Shown piece after piece: positions 23,176-34,392 of a DNA stretch of 64,000 nucleotides. Made by a program: the position numbers and the translations under genes. Within the stretch, counting starts at the first letter, position 1; every line of letters begins with the position of its first letter. Source of the stretch: an uncultured Methanosarcinaceae archaeon (lineage in GTDB: Archaea > Halobacteriota > Methanosarcinia > Methanosarcinales > Methanosarcinaceae); the NCBI GenBank assembly GCA_963727895.1, contig CAVSHT010000012.1:96001-160000 (forward strand), in the 5' to 3' direction. The notes beneath the pieces are model-generated. The model made no database searches, was not told the origin of the DNA, and saw only the letters and a program-made list of their open reading frames with translations.

Positions 23176-23915
23176 GGTGTTGTTAACTAAACATAGTTAA
23201 CTCTTTATTTCTGTATTTCATCAATAGAATAACCGAGTACTTTAGCATTTCAAGACTCTTCGTATAACACTTTGTCTTTCTTCTCAATCTTGCCAGGAAA
23301 TGCCTCAATATGCTGTTATATCCCTTAACTGTAAATGTTTCTGCTTTTGATTGAGTATGGATCTTTTCTGGAAGAAACTCTGCATATGCTCTCCAGTGAT
23401 CTGTCATCACTTCTCTAATCTCTTTTTTCTTCAATTTTTCCCAGAGTAGTTTTCCAGTTTCCGTTCCTCTGCTGCCAAAAGAGCAGTTGATGAACTTTTT
23501 CCCAACTCTATCAACAGCAATCCAGATCCAGCAATATTTTTTTTGTTACCGATGTACGTGTGCATTTCATCCATTTCAACAATAGATATCTCATTTTCAC
23601 TTTTTAGATTCTCTCACTCTTGACCAAATTTCTTTATCCATTTTTGGACAGAAACATGACTTACCCCTAAAACTCTTCCTATTGAACGAAAACCCAATCC
23701 TTCAAGGTAAAGTTGTAAAGCCTGTCTTTTTACAGAAGCGGAAAAAGCAGTTGATTTTAGCTCTACTGTATAGTTATATCCACAATCAGAGCATTTGTAC
23801 CGTTGACGCCCGCCAACTATACCATTATTTTTGTGACTGGAACTATTGCATTTTGGGCAGTTCATGAAGAAATATATGTTATAAGCATATATATCTATTT
23901 TTGATTACCAATACC
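23176..23915 (-). mobile_element. IS1-family element, 740 bp (InsA Zn-finger/HTH at 23614-23865; InsB part to 23183); in-frame TGA
   Basis: Ends ggtgttg...caatacc; CPKC..RQRYKCSDC; EMDEMHTY; A8 slippery tract before YCWIWIAVDR; possible 7-bp attttta duplication. Confidence 0.9.
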
Positions 23916-24032
23916 ATTTTTAATTTTTATTTCTCTAGTTACTATTTTTTATTTTTCAGTTTTTTCACCAAGATTATTTTCTTTCTTATATTTTTTTCTT
24001 TTGTATTTTTTTCCTTCAACTTTTTTTTCAAG

Positions 24033-24565
24033 TCATTCCTTTTCTTGAAATTCTTTTTCTTTCAAATATCTAGTCCAGTCTCCATGCTCTATTTTTTCTG
24101 ATTCAGGTTTCTCATCATAAACATAAAGAAAACCTCTGAATCTCTGATTTCCAATTTCTAGATCCACATATTCCCTATGATATCCTCCGAAAAGTTCCAT
24201 ATAATCAATTGATTTGGCAACTTCAATTTGCTGTTTTCCTGAAAATCTGCGCACTTCGGCTACTATGTAGGAATTTTCCAGAGGGTATATACCAGGATAG
24301 GGCCCCAGAGAGTAAAGAGCATATCCTTTTACCTTTGTTGTACCCGGAATTCTGATCTGTTTTGAAGATCGAAACGACGATTGTTGTAAAGACCATCTAT
24401 AAGGCTGCCGTACAGTGCCATAATAAGCTCTTCACCCTCCGGCCTTTGGTAAGAACGCTGCCAGCAGACATTTCGGTGAAAAACATTTCCATAGATAGTT
24501 CTATCTCTTACTTTACTCTCTCTGCTTTCACAGGTAGTTTCATTTTTTCCTGAGTTACTTTCCAT
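24033..24565 (-). pseudogene. Gamma-glutamylcyclotransferase (AIG2-like) family protein, split by a 1-bp frameshift near 24346
   Basis: ALYGSL motif in the 5' ORF; restoring one base gives GTTKVKGYALYSLGPYPGI..GDW continuity with the 3' ORF. Confidence 0.75.
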
Positions 24566-24602
24566 AATATTCCTTTAACTGAATTTTTAAAAACTTAAAA
24601 AC

Positions 24603-25673
24603 TTATTTCGAAAAACCAAAGCCTGCGAACCTCTGTGGAATATCAAGATTTGCCAGCAGGAAACGGTCTTCTTTGCTGTAGGCTACTTTTTTGTTTCCTG
24701 AAAGTTCCATTATACAGGTATTTCCAGGCTTCACTTCTTTTACTTCTTGTCCGTCAACTAGAATCTTCTCCACACGCACAGGTTCGGACTGCAGGCCTAC
24801 AAAGATATGAAGTACACTTGAAATTTCAACTGCTCGCGTGAATTTCGAGATCGTACATTCAAGAATATAATCAGTAGTTACGATTTCTTTATCAGAGATG
24901 ATAAATCCTCTTTCTATATCTTTGGCCTGAACGTTTTTAAGACGCATTCCTACTCTTGTTCCTGTGGGTGCGCTGTCAATATCCACATCATGGCTTTGGA
25001 TGGATCGGATTTCAATATCCCTGTCCAGCGGGAAGATTTTAGTCTTGTCTTTATCTTTTGAAATTCCCTGTTTGACAATTCCAAGCGCAACACATCCTTT
25101 TCCAGTGACGTTAAAGGCATGATCTATAAACACTCTTGCAGGCAGGTTGTTCAATTCAGCCTGTTCAGCTTCTATTTTTTCCGAAATCTCATTAATTTTA
25201 GCTTTAAGGTCTTCCACGCCTTCAAACGGATCTTTTGCACTTTTATTTGTATTCAGAGAAATACATTCCCAATCCTGGAGAGAAGTACCTGCAGTCATTA
25301 ATTTTATTTTCTTTTTCAGCTCGTCGACTTCATACATATGGGTACTATCGGATTTTGTCAGGGCAATTATTCCATGCTTGAACCCGAGCAGGTCGAGGGC
25401 AATAATACATTCTCCAGTATGAACGCTTGCAGGGTTATCCCTGTTAAGACCATCAGGAGGAACACAGAGAATTGCCATGTCAGAAATATTCAGTGCCGTA
25501 ACCAGGGACTTTAAGGCTTTTGGATAGCCGTGAGAATCCACAAAAACCATTTTCCGGCTCTCTTTATCATTATTATACATAGTTATGTCAGAAGATGTTC
25601 CTTTTTTCCCCAGGTTTGCGGCGAGGGATGTTCTTCCACTCTTTTCCGTCCCGATAATTGCAACGTTTGTCAT
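24603..25673 (-). CDS. SelB/EF-Tu-like translational GTPase (archaeal SelB-like)
   Basis: Degenerate P-loop GTEKSGRTS, TKSD, and EF-Tu domain II motif IDHAFNVTGKGCV..EIRSIQSHD; probable start MTNVAIIG. Confidence 0.85.
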   Translation of the reverse strand: MTNVAIIGTEKSGRTSLAANLGKKGTSSDITMYNNDKESRKMVFVDSHGYPKALKSLVTALNISDMAILCVPPDGLNRDNPASVHTGECIIALDLLGFKHGIIALTKSDSTHMYEVDELKKKIKLMTAGTSLQDWECISLNTNKSAKDPFEGVEDLKAKINEISEKIEAEQAELNNLPARVFIDHAFNVTGKGCVALGIVKQGISKDKDKTKIFPLDRDIEIRSIQSHDVDIDSAPTGTRVGMRLKNVQAKDIERGFIISDKEIVTTDYILECTISKFTRAVEISSVLHIFVGLQSEPVRVEKILVDGQEVKEVKPGNTCIMELSGNKKVAYSKEDRFLLANLDIPQRFAGFGFSK

Positions 25674-26068
25674 ATGGATCCCTTTTAATAACTTTTCTTT
25701 TAATAGCATTTAAAGCCGTTTTACGACATTTAACTATTATTTAAATTCAAATTTCTCTTGATGATTATTCTAAATAATTTTCTAGATAATTATTCTGGAT
25801 AATATAAATATAGCTTCATAATTCTTTTTGAACTATAGATAGTCTCTTGATTTTAAAAGCTATAAACGATGTTAATAACTCTAAAATCTACATGGTCTAC
25901 ATCTCTGAATATAATAAGCTCTGAATAGAAGAATAACTTTAAAATATGTATCATATAATTGCATCTGGTATTATTATACTGTAATATATTTCTTTTCGAA
26001 ATATCCTATTAAAAATTCTTATAAATTTAAATTCTTAACTCAATTTCTCAAGATTTTTCAGGGAAAGA

Positions 26069-27241
26069 TTACCATGTTTCGCCCTGCCAGATAGCCTGAG
26101 TTTTATCATTAGTACTTTTATTTATTTTTTTTATAATTATGTTATATTCTTCTCCGATCAACTGAGGATCTTCAAAAATTGCATCGATTCCCAGTCTTTT
26201 AAGGTAATCTTCAAACTCAGCTGCAGTTTCTAAATCCTTTACCCGGATTCTTGATTCCTCATATAGTCTTTGTCCATTTTTTACATTTTTTATGGATTCT
26301 CTTAGAGGATTCAATATACTTTTTCCTAGCTGTGTACAGCGTTTTTCAAACTCGGTTTTATCTTCGTTCCATTCAACTGTCTGAAAGCCTTCTCTAACAA
26401 TTCGAGAAAGCATATAATCTCTTCCGGTTTCATTATAAAACTTAAAAGCGTGATTAAGGTCTGAACAATTACTCTGGGAAGAAGTATATTTTAACGGGGA
26501 AAGAACCATTTCTGGATCTTTTATTACAACCCCTTCATGTATTTTTTCTCCAAGTTTTCGGATGATTTTTCCTATTTCTTCAGCAGCCGTTTCCAGTGGA
26601 ATTTCCTTGAAAAACCTTACCTGAAGAAAACCGTATTTTTTCAGGATTTCCTGCTTCTTTTTTATTGGTAGAGGCTTTCCACTATTCTTTTCTCTAATAT
26701 CGAAGATGTAAAACTCGACTGATTCAACACCATAGATCTCTTTTGGGACATAGGGGTTGTCAGGGCCTACCATTTCTCCATAAAGTACAAGTTCAGGGAA
26801 ATCTTCAAAAAATTTTAAATTTAGTTTTTCTTTTGCTTTTTGGGTTGTATAAGGACAGATATACCCACTCCGCGTAATTGCAAGTATTTCATCTTTTGCA
26901 ATTGCTATGCGGACATTGTATCCATTCATTTTTTCTTCCACGGCTACCTTTTCAATTCCATTGAAGTGCCTTTTAATTGTTGGGTCCAGCACCATAGCTC
27001 TTCGGATTTTCGGAAAACCCATAATGGTTTCAAAAGAACCGTCTTTCTCATAAAGTACAGTTCCTCTTTCGATCTGGGAGATTTCTTTGTCGAACCGGAG
27101 CAGATATTCATATTTTCCCCAGTTTTGGGCAAGGTAATTCTTTTCAAAAAGGTGTTGAACTCTTTCCCTATCAAACCCCAGCAAATTAGTAAGCCGGGAT
27201 ACAAATTCCGGATCTTTCTCCTCATTGCCCTCTATACTCAT
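26069..27241 (-). CDS. ATP-dependent RNA ligase (archaeal Pab1020/Rnl3 family)
   Basis: EEKMNGYNVR adenylation motif; GEMVGP, FDIR and EGVVIK motifs. Confidence 0.92.
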   Translation of the reverse strand: MSIEGNEEKDPEFVSRLTNLLGFDRERVQHLFEKNYLAQNWGKYEYLLRFDKEISQIERGTVLYEKDGSFETIMGFPKIRRAMVLDPTIKRHFNGIEKVAVEEKMNGYNVRIAIAKDEILAITRSGYICPYTTQKAKEKLNLKFFEDFPELVLYGEMVGPDNPYVPKEIYGVESVEFYIFDIREKNSGKPLPIKKKQEILKKYGFLQVRFFKEIPLETAAEEIGKIIRKLGEKIHEGVVIKDPEMVLSPLKYTSSQSNCSDLNHAFKFYNETGRDYMLSRIVREGFQTVEWNEDKTEFEKRCTQLGKSILNPLRESIKNVKNGQRLYEESRIRVKDLETAAEFEDYLKRLGIDAIFEDPQLIGEEYNIIIKKINKSTNDKTQAIWQGETW

Positions 27242-27453
27242 GTTTAATTATTTGTTTTCAGGCCTAAAATAAATTATTATTCGCAAATCTGCTCTCCTAT
27301 AAAATCAGAAATAACTTCATCATAATTCTTTTTTGAGAATGGTTGAGGAGTAGTTATGTGCACTAAAAAGTGATGACTTACACTAAAAATCTTTTTAAAT
27401 ATTTTGTTTCTAATTATTATATCTAAGCCAGCAAAAAAATTTGGAGATTCAAA

Positions 27454-28245
27454 ATGTCAGATGAAATCGACTACAATATTCTAGGCGACGATATGCAGAT
27501 CGTTGAAATTGAACTTGATCCTGAGGAAGCCGTTCAAGCAGAAGCTGGGGCTATGGCATACATGGGGCCAGGGATTGAGATGCAGACGGGTCTGGGTAAT
27601 GATGGTGGTGGACTTTTTGGAGGTCTCAAAAAAGGATTGAAAAGAGCCCTGACAGGTGAAAGCTTCTTCATTACAAGTTTTATTCACAAAGGTTCTGGAA
27701 AAGGGTATGTAGCTTTTGCGGCTCCATATCCTGGCAAGATTATTCCTATTGACCTCACCAAATTCGGAGGGAGCATCCTTTGCCAAAAAGACGCATTTCT
27801 ATGTGCTGCTCGTGGAATAGATGTGGAAGTAGCTTTTACCCGTAAGTTAGGAGCAGGATTCTTTGGTGGCGAAGGTTTTATTCTGCAGAGACTAAAGGGT
27901 GACGGCCTTGTTTTTCTACATATAGGTGGCACAGTCATAAGAAAGGACCTGAAAGCTGGCGAGACTTATCGTATTGATACAGGCTGTGTAGCAGCTTTCA
28001 CCGAAACCGTAACCTATGACATAACCTGGTCAAGGAACTTTAAAAATGCCCTATTTAGTGGTGAGGGAGTTGTTCTTGCAACTCTTACAGGTCCAGGAAC
28101 TGTGTATTTACAGAGCCTGCCTTTCTCCCGCCTTGCTGACAGAATCTTTGCAGCCTCTACCTTTAGCCGTAATAGAGAAGAACAAAATGGCATTGGCGGG
28201 ACTGGTATCCTTGGAGGTATCATCGGTGGAGATAAATCGTTCTAA
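27454..28245 (+). CDS. TIGR00266/AIM24-family protein
   Basis: AEAGAM, GESFF, QKDAFL, FFGGEGF and GPGTVYLQS motifs. Confidence 0.9.
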   Translation: MSDEIDYNILGDDMQIVEIELDPEEAVQAEAGAMAYMGPGIEMQTGLGNDGGGLFGGLKKGLKRALTGESFFITSFIHKGSGKGYVAFAAPYPGKIIPIDLTKFGGSILCQKDAFLCAARGIDVEVAFTRKLGAGFFGGEGFILQRLKGDGLVFLHIGGTVIRKDLKAGETYRIDTGCVAAFTETVTYDITWSRNFKNALFSGEGVVLATLTGPGTVYLQSLPFSRLADRIFAASTFSRNREEQNGIGGTGILGGIIGGDKSF

Positions 28246-28320
28246 GGACGAAAAACCATTTTAAAACAAAAAAGACTCTAAAAACGAGAAATCAATCGAG
28301 AAAAGTATTAGAAATTCAAA

Positions 28321-28346
28321 AAGGCCTGTCTTAAAAGGCAGACCTT
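28321..28346. terminator. Hairpin between convergent genes
   Basis: Imperfect stem aaggcctgtctt-aa-aaggcagacctt. Confidence 0.45.
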
Positions 28347-28409
28347 CTCTTAATTACTTGCTTTTAGGATTTCAATCGAACTTTTTCTGGCTTTATTTCT
28401 ATATTTAGT

Positions 28410-29186
28410 TTATTCCTTAAGTGTATTTATTATATTCCTGCGAGCCAGGAAACCAGCAAGTTCCTCATCCAAGGTAAGGACTGGAACACCTCCGACATCA
28501 TGTTCCAGCATTGTCTTAACAGCTTCTTCAAGAGGAGTATTGGTATAGACACTAATCACACTACGGGTCATAATATCCCCTACCAATAGGTTCTTGATCC
28601 TTGAATCCTGCTGATTATCAGCCACCAGATCTCTGAAAGAGCGCATGGCAAAGGCAATATCGTCTTCAGCAATAATGCCTACAAGTTTTCCGTTTTCAAT
28701 TACTGGCAGCCTTCCTACATCTTTGTCAAGCATAAGTCGTCTAGCGTGGCTAACTCTTTCAGATGAACTGATAACTATAGGACTTTTTTCCATTACTTCC
28801 TCGACAAAGCCTGTGAAGTGGTTTAGTTCCATGAATTCCTGTGGTGTCACCCATCCTAGGGCTTTTCCATTATCAGTGACAATAATTACACCACCGGTCT
28901 TTTTCATTAGGGTAAGGACATCCCTGGTATTGGTATCAGGCAGAACCTTTACAAAATTGTCGGATACGGCTGTTGCAACATGCAGGGAGGATGCAGGTTT
29001 GCTCAGTTTCTTGCGAGTTCCAAGCTGCTCTGTCAGACTTCTCATTGTAAGTACACCGAGTATCTGATCATCATGGACTACAAGCAGACGTTTTGTGTTT
29101 TTCTTTTCCATAAGATCCAGGGCGTGAGATAAGGTATCTGACTTATCAATCCTATATGGCTGTACCATTATGTCTTTAGCTTGCAT
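28410..29186 (-). CDS. CBS-domain protein (4 CBS)
   Basis: Repeated CBS motifs ([14 protein letters not shown]); probable start MQAKDIM. Confidence 0.88.
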   Translation of the reverse strand: MQAKDIMVQPYRIDKSDTLSHALDLMEKKNTKRLLVVHDDQILGVLTMRSLTEQLGTRKKLSKPASSLHVATAVSDNFVKVLPDTNTRDVLTLMKKTGGVIIVTDNGKALGWVTPQEFMELNHFTGFVEEVMEKSPIVISSSERVSHARRLMLDKDVGRLPVIENGKLVGIIAEDDIAFAMRSFRDLVADNQQDSRIKNLLVGDIMTRSVISVYTNTPLEEAVKTMLEHDVGGVPVLTLDEELAGFLARRNIINTLKE

Positions 29187-29354
29187 GCAATTCACCTCAT
29201 GCGTATCCAAAATTTCCAATTATATTTTTCGTAATTCATTACGGTATTTTCTTCATCCGTTTTACTGAGCTTTAATTTAGCATTTTTCTCTTATTTTTGT
29301 ATGTTTTATCTATTGTTTACCTTTCGCAGTATATACCTCCTCACGGAGGTATTT

Positions 29355-30200
29355 TTAGAGAATAGCTTTCATGATATCGGTTCTGCTTAATATGCCCACT
29401 ATATCTTCTCCGTCACTGACAGGTAATGCAGTCACTTCGTCTTCCACCATTTTTTTGGCGGCTGAACTGACATCTTCATTTACTTCAATGGAATTTATTG
29501 GAGAAATCATGATGTCTTCTGCGGTCAAAGGTAGCTCTTTTACGTATCTATAAGTTTTCTGGCCTGCAGGAGATGATTTGCGGGTCATCTTGATATTTTT
29601 TGTGGAAAGTTCACCTTGGAAATCAGTTAAGAGGTTTAAAGCGAGGGTTCTGCTGGAAATAATCCCAACAGGCTTTCCTGCATCGTCTTTAACAACTACT
29701 CTTTCTATGTTGTTCCTGTTCATTTCGTCAATTACGTGATTGATAGTATGATGTCTGTGAACAGAAATAATATCTTCAGTCATTAATTTAGAGATTTTTG
29801 TTTTGATTTCCTCTTTATTTTCCGCAACATAGCGCACAAGATCTGTCCTGGTAACAATACCTACAATATCGTTCTTTACCACCGGAATGTTGTGTACTCC
29901 ATTTTCAAGCATTAAGGCAACTGCCTGGGAAATAGAGGCTTCAGGATAGATAGTAATAACCGACTCAGTCATTAATAACTTGATAGGGATCTGGTCAATT
30001 GGTCTTCTCCTCCAGAGAGGCTCTGCCTGAGCCAGACGGTTAGTAATGTCTGATTTTGTAACGATTCCCACCATCTTGCCCTCATTAAGGACAAGCAACG
30101 TACTGATTTTATGCCTTAACATCAGTTTTCTCGCACGTGACACGGGTTCGTCTGCGTTTACGACATACACAGGTGAACTCATGATGTCCGCTACATTCAT
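29355..30200 (-). CDS. CBS-domain protein (4 CBS)
   Basis: [16 protein letters not shown] and GILSRTD motifs. Confidence 0.9.
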   Translation of the reverse strand: MNVADIMSSPVYVVNADEPVSRARKLMLRHKISTLLVLNEGKMVGIVTKSDITNRLAQAEPLWRRRPIDQIPIKLLMTESVITIYPEASISQAVALMLENGVHNIPVVKNDIVGIVTRTDLVRYVAENKEEIKTKISKLMTEDIISVHRHHTINHVIDEMNRNNIERVVVKDDAGKPVGIISSRTLALNLLTDFQGELSTKNIKMTRKSSPAGQKTYRYVKELPLTAEDIMISPINSIEVNEDVSSAAKKMVEDEVTALPVSDGEDIVGILSRTDIMKAIL

Positions 30201-30599
30201 GAAGTACCTCCTTCACTTTTACAATATCTAAGTATCAATTATTATAGTTTTTGAATCGGAAACTTGAACTGAATGACATAATCTTTTTCTACGCATTTAA
30301 TTTCAGCTTCTTGAAGTTTTTCTGGATCGTTTTTCTACAAAGCTATTTTTAACTATAGCCGTTAAACTTTTAGAGAAGTCACAAACACTTTTTGTTGAAA
30401 TAAAAATGACTTAAAAATTTTTTATTGTAAAGAGTTCTTATTTTAATATGCGCTACACTTCAACGTCTTGGATACTTATAATACCGGCTTACTGCTTGAT
30501 CTATTCATCTAGAGACTTTTCTTTAAACTTCTAAGGAAGCTAATTTTCTGAAAACTTAAACTCCTAAAAACCTAATCAATTGATTATCTATCTCTGGTT

Positions 30600-31595
30600 T
30601 TACTCTAGAGATCTTAAGAGATCCCTTTCAGTAATGATGCCACGGAGCAATCCATTATCCAGAACTGGAAGTGAACCTATCTTTCTCTCAAGCATTATTT
30701 CCATTGCTTTTCCCAGATCTGTACCAGGGACAGTCCATATCAGTTCTCTTGAGACAATAGAACCTACAGGCTGGTCAAGCACTTCATGAATATTTCCTGT
30801 TGTCAGCTTACTGAAAACGTCTCCTCTCCCAAGGAAATGAATAATATCTGAGGAAGTAATAATTCCTGCAAAGATGCCATCCTTAACTACAGGAAGCCTT
30901 CTAAGTCTGTTATCTACCATTAATTTTGCTGCCTGTCCGATGGGTGTATCAGTTGCTATCATTTTGACGTTTTCAGTCATATATTCCTCAACAGTCCGGT
31001 TTGTCACGAGTCCACCCATCAACTCAAGCGCATTTCTTTCGGTAAAGATTGCAACGACCTGTTTGTCATTGTTAACGATTGGTAGACCACCTGTTTTTTT
31101 TTCAATCATCATTGAAACCGCATCTTTAAAATCAGCTTGGTCATTAAGGTATGGAATATCAGTTTCCATGATTTGACGTACTTCTTCGTTGATTGCAGCC
31201 AGAAAGTTGCCTTTGAAGCGGTTTTCAACAAGCAGATTCTTTCTTCCACCCCCCAGAAAATCAATGATATCTACGGAAGTAACGACCCCTTCCAACCTCC
31301 TTGTTCCAGCATTTGTAATAGGAATGCGCCTGAATCCTTTTTCAGTCATAACCCTGATTGCTTCCATAATTGTTGCTGTTGGAGGAAGAGTTACCACATT
31401 CCTTGTTGCAAGGGCCAGGATTTTTCCTTCATGTTCTGAAATATGGGATTTAAACTCAGGACCTATTCGCATAGTACCCATGCTGCTAATCATATGCGGA
31501 TCTTTCTGTTGTGCTTTCTTAGATTTGCTTACACCTGGCTGAACCTTCATCTTATCGACGGATGAAAATGTCGTATTTTTGTTCAATAGGACCAC
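30600..31595 (-). CDS. CBS-domain protein (4 CBS; MJ1225-like)
   Basis: FRRIPI, RRLPVV and GIITERD motifs; start uncertain. Confidence 0.88.
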   Translation of the reverse strand: MVLLNKNTTFSSVDKMKVQPGVSKSKKAQQKDPHMISSMGTMRIGPEFKSHISEHEGKILALATRNVVTLPPTATIMEAIRVMTEKGFRRIPITNAGTRRLEGVVTSVDIIDFLGGGRKNLLVENRFKGNFLAAINEEVRQIMETDIPYLNDQADFKDAVSMMIEKKTGGLPIVNNDKQVVAIFTERNALELMGGLVTNRTVEEYMTENVKMIATDTPIGQAAKLMVDNRLRRLPVVKDGIFAGIITSSDIIHFLGRGDVFSKLTTGNIHEVLDQPVGSIVSRELIWTVPGTDLGKAMEIMLERKIGSLPVLDNGLLRGIITERDLLRSLE

Positions 31596-31936
31596 CGAAT
31601 TCGAGTTGAAATTAATTGCTTTTTTCGTATTCCATTTCTTTTTTCCTGCTTTCTTGCAGGAATTTTCCTGGAATCTGAAGTTCGTCCTTCAACAGACCCA
31701 GAGTTGCTCCCGGAAAAAATGAAACCTGAAAGCAATTTCTCTCGAATTTTTTCAATAAGTTTACATTATTTTAAATTTATAATTAATATTAATGATGATC
31801 TTTGATATTATAATCTTTTTGCGCAAAAATTTAATGCTTTTTTCATTGCATTAATTCTCTTTTTTTAACTCTCTATTTTTCAGTTAATTATTATTATTTA
31901 TCATCCTTCTCATATATTTTATTGCATAGTTTTCTT

Positions 31937-32752
31937 TCAAAGGCGATTTTCAGAGGGTTTTTCAGGCCATACATTGACAATAGACTCAAGAAGATCCTGT
32001 CTATCGATTATTCCAGATACTTTGTTCTTTTCATTTACTACAGTAACTCTTCCAATATCATAGTAAATAATCATCTTAATTGCACTTTGAATGGAATCTG
32101 TTTCAGGAAGTGTATAGGTAGGAGTTGACATTATTTTCTCAACCCTCGGACTATCTTCAAGCCTAACCCTCCTTTCATCTTCGACTTCCATTCGCACATT
32201 ACCTGATTTTATTATATCTCTTCTTGTTATCATTCCAATAGGCTCACCCTTCTTTGAAACTACAGGAATTCCCGTATAATCGGTCTCGAGCATATGTGCC
32301 CATACCATGCTAACTTTGTCTTCTGGTAAACAGGTTTTGACTTTTTTTGTCATTACATCCTGTAGTGATTTGGAAACATTTTTGGGAACTTTAATGTTCC
32401 TGAGAATATCCACATTGCTCAAGACTCCAACCACCTTATGATCTGTGGTTGATTTGACAACAGGGACTCTATTCTGCCTTGATTGCACCATCAGTTTTGC
32501 AGCCTTCATAACATCCATATCAGGAGTTACAGTAGGGGATTGGCTTGCATATCCTCCTACTGTGACATTTGAACGTGTAGAGGTAACTCTCAGGATGTCC
32601 TGGTCACTTAACATTCCCACAAGTCTGTTTTCTTCATCAACTACAACAAGGCTTCGAAGGAGGTAATCGCGCATAAGCTGACGGGCGCGAGTCACAAAAT
32701 CTCCCTCTTTGATGCTCACAGGCTCATTTGTCATAATCTCGCTAACGTTCAT
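31937..32752 (-). CDS. CBS-domain protein (4 CBS)
   Basis: NRVPVV and GMITRRD motifs. Confidence 0.9.
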   Translation of the reverse strand: MNVSEIMTNEPVSIKEGDFVTRARQLMRDYLLRSLVVVDEENRLVGMLSDQDILRVTSTRSNVTVGGYASQSPTVTPDMDVMKAAKLMVQSRQNRVPVVKSTTDHKVVGVLSNVDILRNIKVPKNVSKSLQDVMTKKVKTCLPEDKVSMVWAHMLETDYTGIPVVSKKGEPIGMITRRDIIKSGNVRMEVEDERRVRLEDSPRVEKIMSTPTYTLPETDSIQSAIKMIIYYDIGRVTVVNEKNKVSGIIDRQDLLESIVNVWPEKPSENRL

Positions 32753-32811
32753 TGTGTACCTTCCTAACTTTCCATAAAAATATTTAAAAATAAATATCTA
32801 CACGTATTAGG

Positions 32812-33465
32812 TTATTCGTAATCTTCGCCTTCTTCTTGTCGACATTTTTCGCACAGGTACCTTCCGTCCACAAATTTAAGATCATATGTAAAAATGTTAC
32901 AGGATTCGCATACTCCTGTTTGGAAATCTTCTTTCTCTGAAACCTCTTCAATTGAGGGGGCGGAAAGTAGAGTCTCCCTGTTCATATCAATAAGCTCTTT
33001 GAGAATAGTATTAAGTCCGGGAGTTACCATCAGGATATCAGTGTTAGAAATAACTCCTATTAATCTACCATTTTCTAGGACTGGCAGCCTCTTAATATTT
33101 GCTTTTAACATAATCTCAGAAGCTTCTACTATACTTGTTTTAGGCTCTACGGTTATTAAAGGGGTTGAGAGAATTTCACTTGCCTTTACCTCGCTTGGCT
33201 TTTTGTCCTCTGTAACGATACCCTTTACAAAGTCCCTTTCAGTTATAATCCCCAGAGCTTTGTCGTTCTCGGTAATAATAACACTTCCTGCGTTACGACT
33301 GATCATTTCTTTTGCAATAGCAGGAATACTTGAGTTTATATCCATTACAATTACTGCTTTATTCATTACTTCAGCAACCGAAACCTCTCTTTCAATCTCT
33401 CTGCTGTGAATACCAACACCTATCTCTCTTTCAGCATTTGTGTCCCTCCCAGATTTATCCACCAT
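32812..33465 (-). CDS. CBS-pair protein with C-terminal zinc finger
   Basis: GIITERD and KRLPV motifs; terminal CESC..LCEKC. Confidence 0.9.
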   Translation of the reverse strand: MVDKSGRDTNAEREIGVGIHSREIEREVSVAEVMNKAVIVMDINSSIPAIAKEMISRNAGSVIITENDKALGIITERDFVKGIVTEDKKPSEVKASEILSTPLITVEPKTSIVEASEIMLKANIKRLPVLENGRLIGVISNTDILMVTPGLNTILKELIDMNRETLLSAPSIEEVSEKEDFQTGVCESCNIFTYDLKFVDGRYLCEKCRQEEGEDYE

Positions 33466-33727
33466 TTGCTGCTGTTCCCCCTCTTGTTCTGTATTTCGGC
33501 GATTAATAATACAAGGTCTATAGTATTATACTAATTTCATAACATCTACAATATAAAATACGCAATATAACATATGCAATATAAACTCATGATTAAAATT
33601 TTTTAAGTTTCTCGGAAAAACGTTTTCCATTGTTTTAATTTCTGTTTAATTCAGCTTTTTGGGTTCTTGTTTTTTAAGGGAAATTTTTTTGTGAGGCCTA
33701 TGATTTCTATATTTATTACTATGGGAG

Positions 33728-33970
33728 TGCAGAGGGTCACGAATACCCCATTCTTTAGATTGGGGATGAAGTGAACCCTTGCATCTTATTGGTTTCGATT
33801 AAATCTCTGTACCGTTGCTTCTTTGTGATGTTTCTTAGTATCGCGGTTGTAGAAGTTGGTAATGCAACTCTGCATTAAGAAAGTCTTGTAAATATATCCT
33901 TAACTATTTTCCATAAATCGGGCAAGCGGCCCGAAGCATACCCCATCCTTTAGAGTGGGGTGGCTGCACG
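33728..33970. mobile_element. Non-autonomous IS200/IS605-type miniature element (PATE-like)
   Basis: Two related subterminal hairpins, ataccccattctttagattggggat (~33743-33767) and ataccccatcctttagagtggggt (~33938-33961); no ORF. Confidence 0.6.
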
Positions 33971-34370
33971 TAATTTGATTTGTTGTCTATTCTCTCCTAA
34001 GACGTTTTCCCCATATCTTTTTTGGACGGTTTTATAACATTTATATATATGAGTCAATGGTACATAATGATAACGGAATTTTGCTTTTTTGTAAAGAACA
34101 GAAGTTTTCCTGAAGTCAGGAATGTGTTTTTTTATTTTTAGCTTATTTCGTCATACTAATAATATTTATTTAATTATTACAGAAATTTTTCCAGTACTTT
34201 ATTGTTTTCACTGGAGGTTTTTGTTGAGAGTGTAAAATGTTCAGTCCTCTAGAAAAAGTATTAGGAAGAGGTGCAGAAGAAGAGTATTTTTTAAAAGCAG
34301 AATTATACAATTTCAAAAAATTGTATCACATTTGCAATGCTTTTTATCTATCTCACAGGAAATCTTTTTT

Positions 34371-34392
34371 ACCCCTTTATTTCCACTGGAAT
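34371..34392 (-). promoter_or_regulatory. Isolated consensus ORB element
   Basis: Minus strand reads attccagtggaaataaaggggt, matching the origin boxes. Confidence 0.65.
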
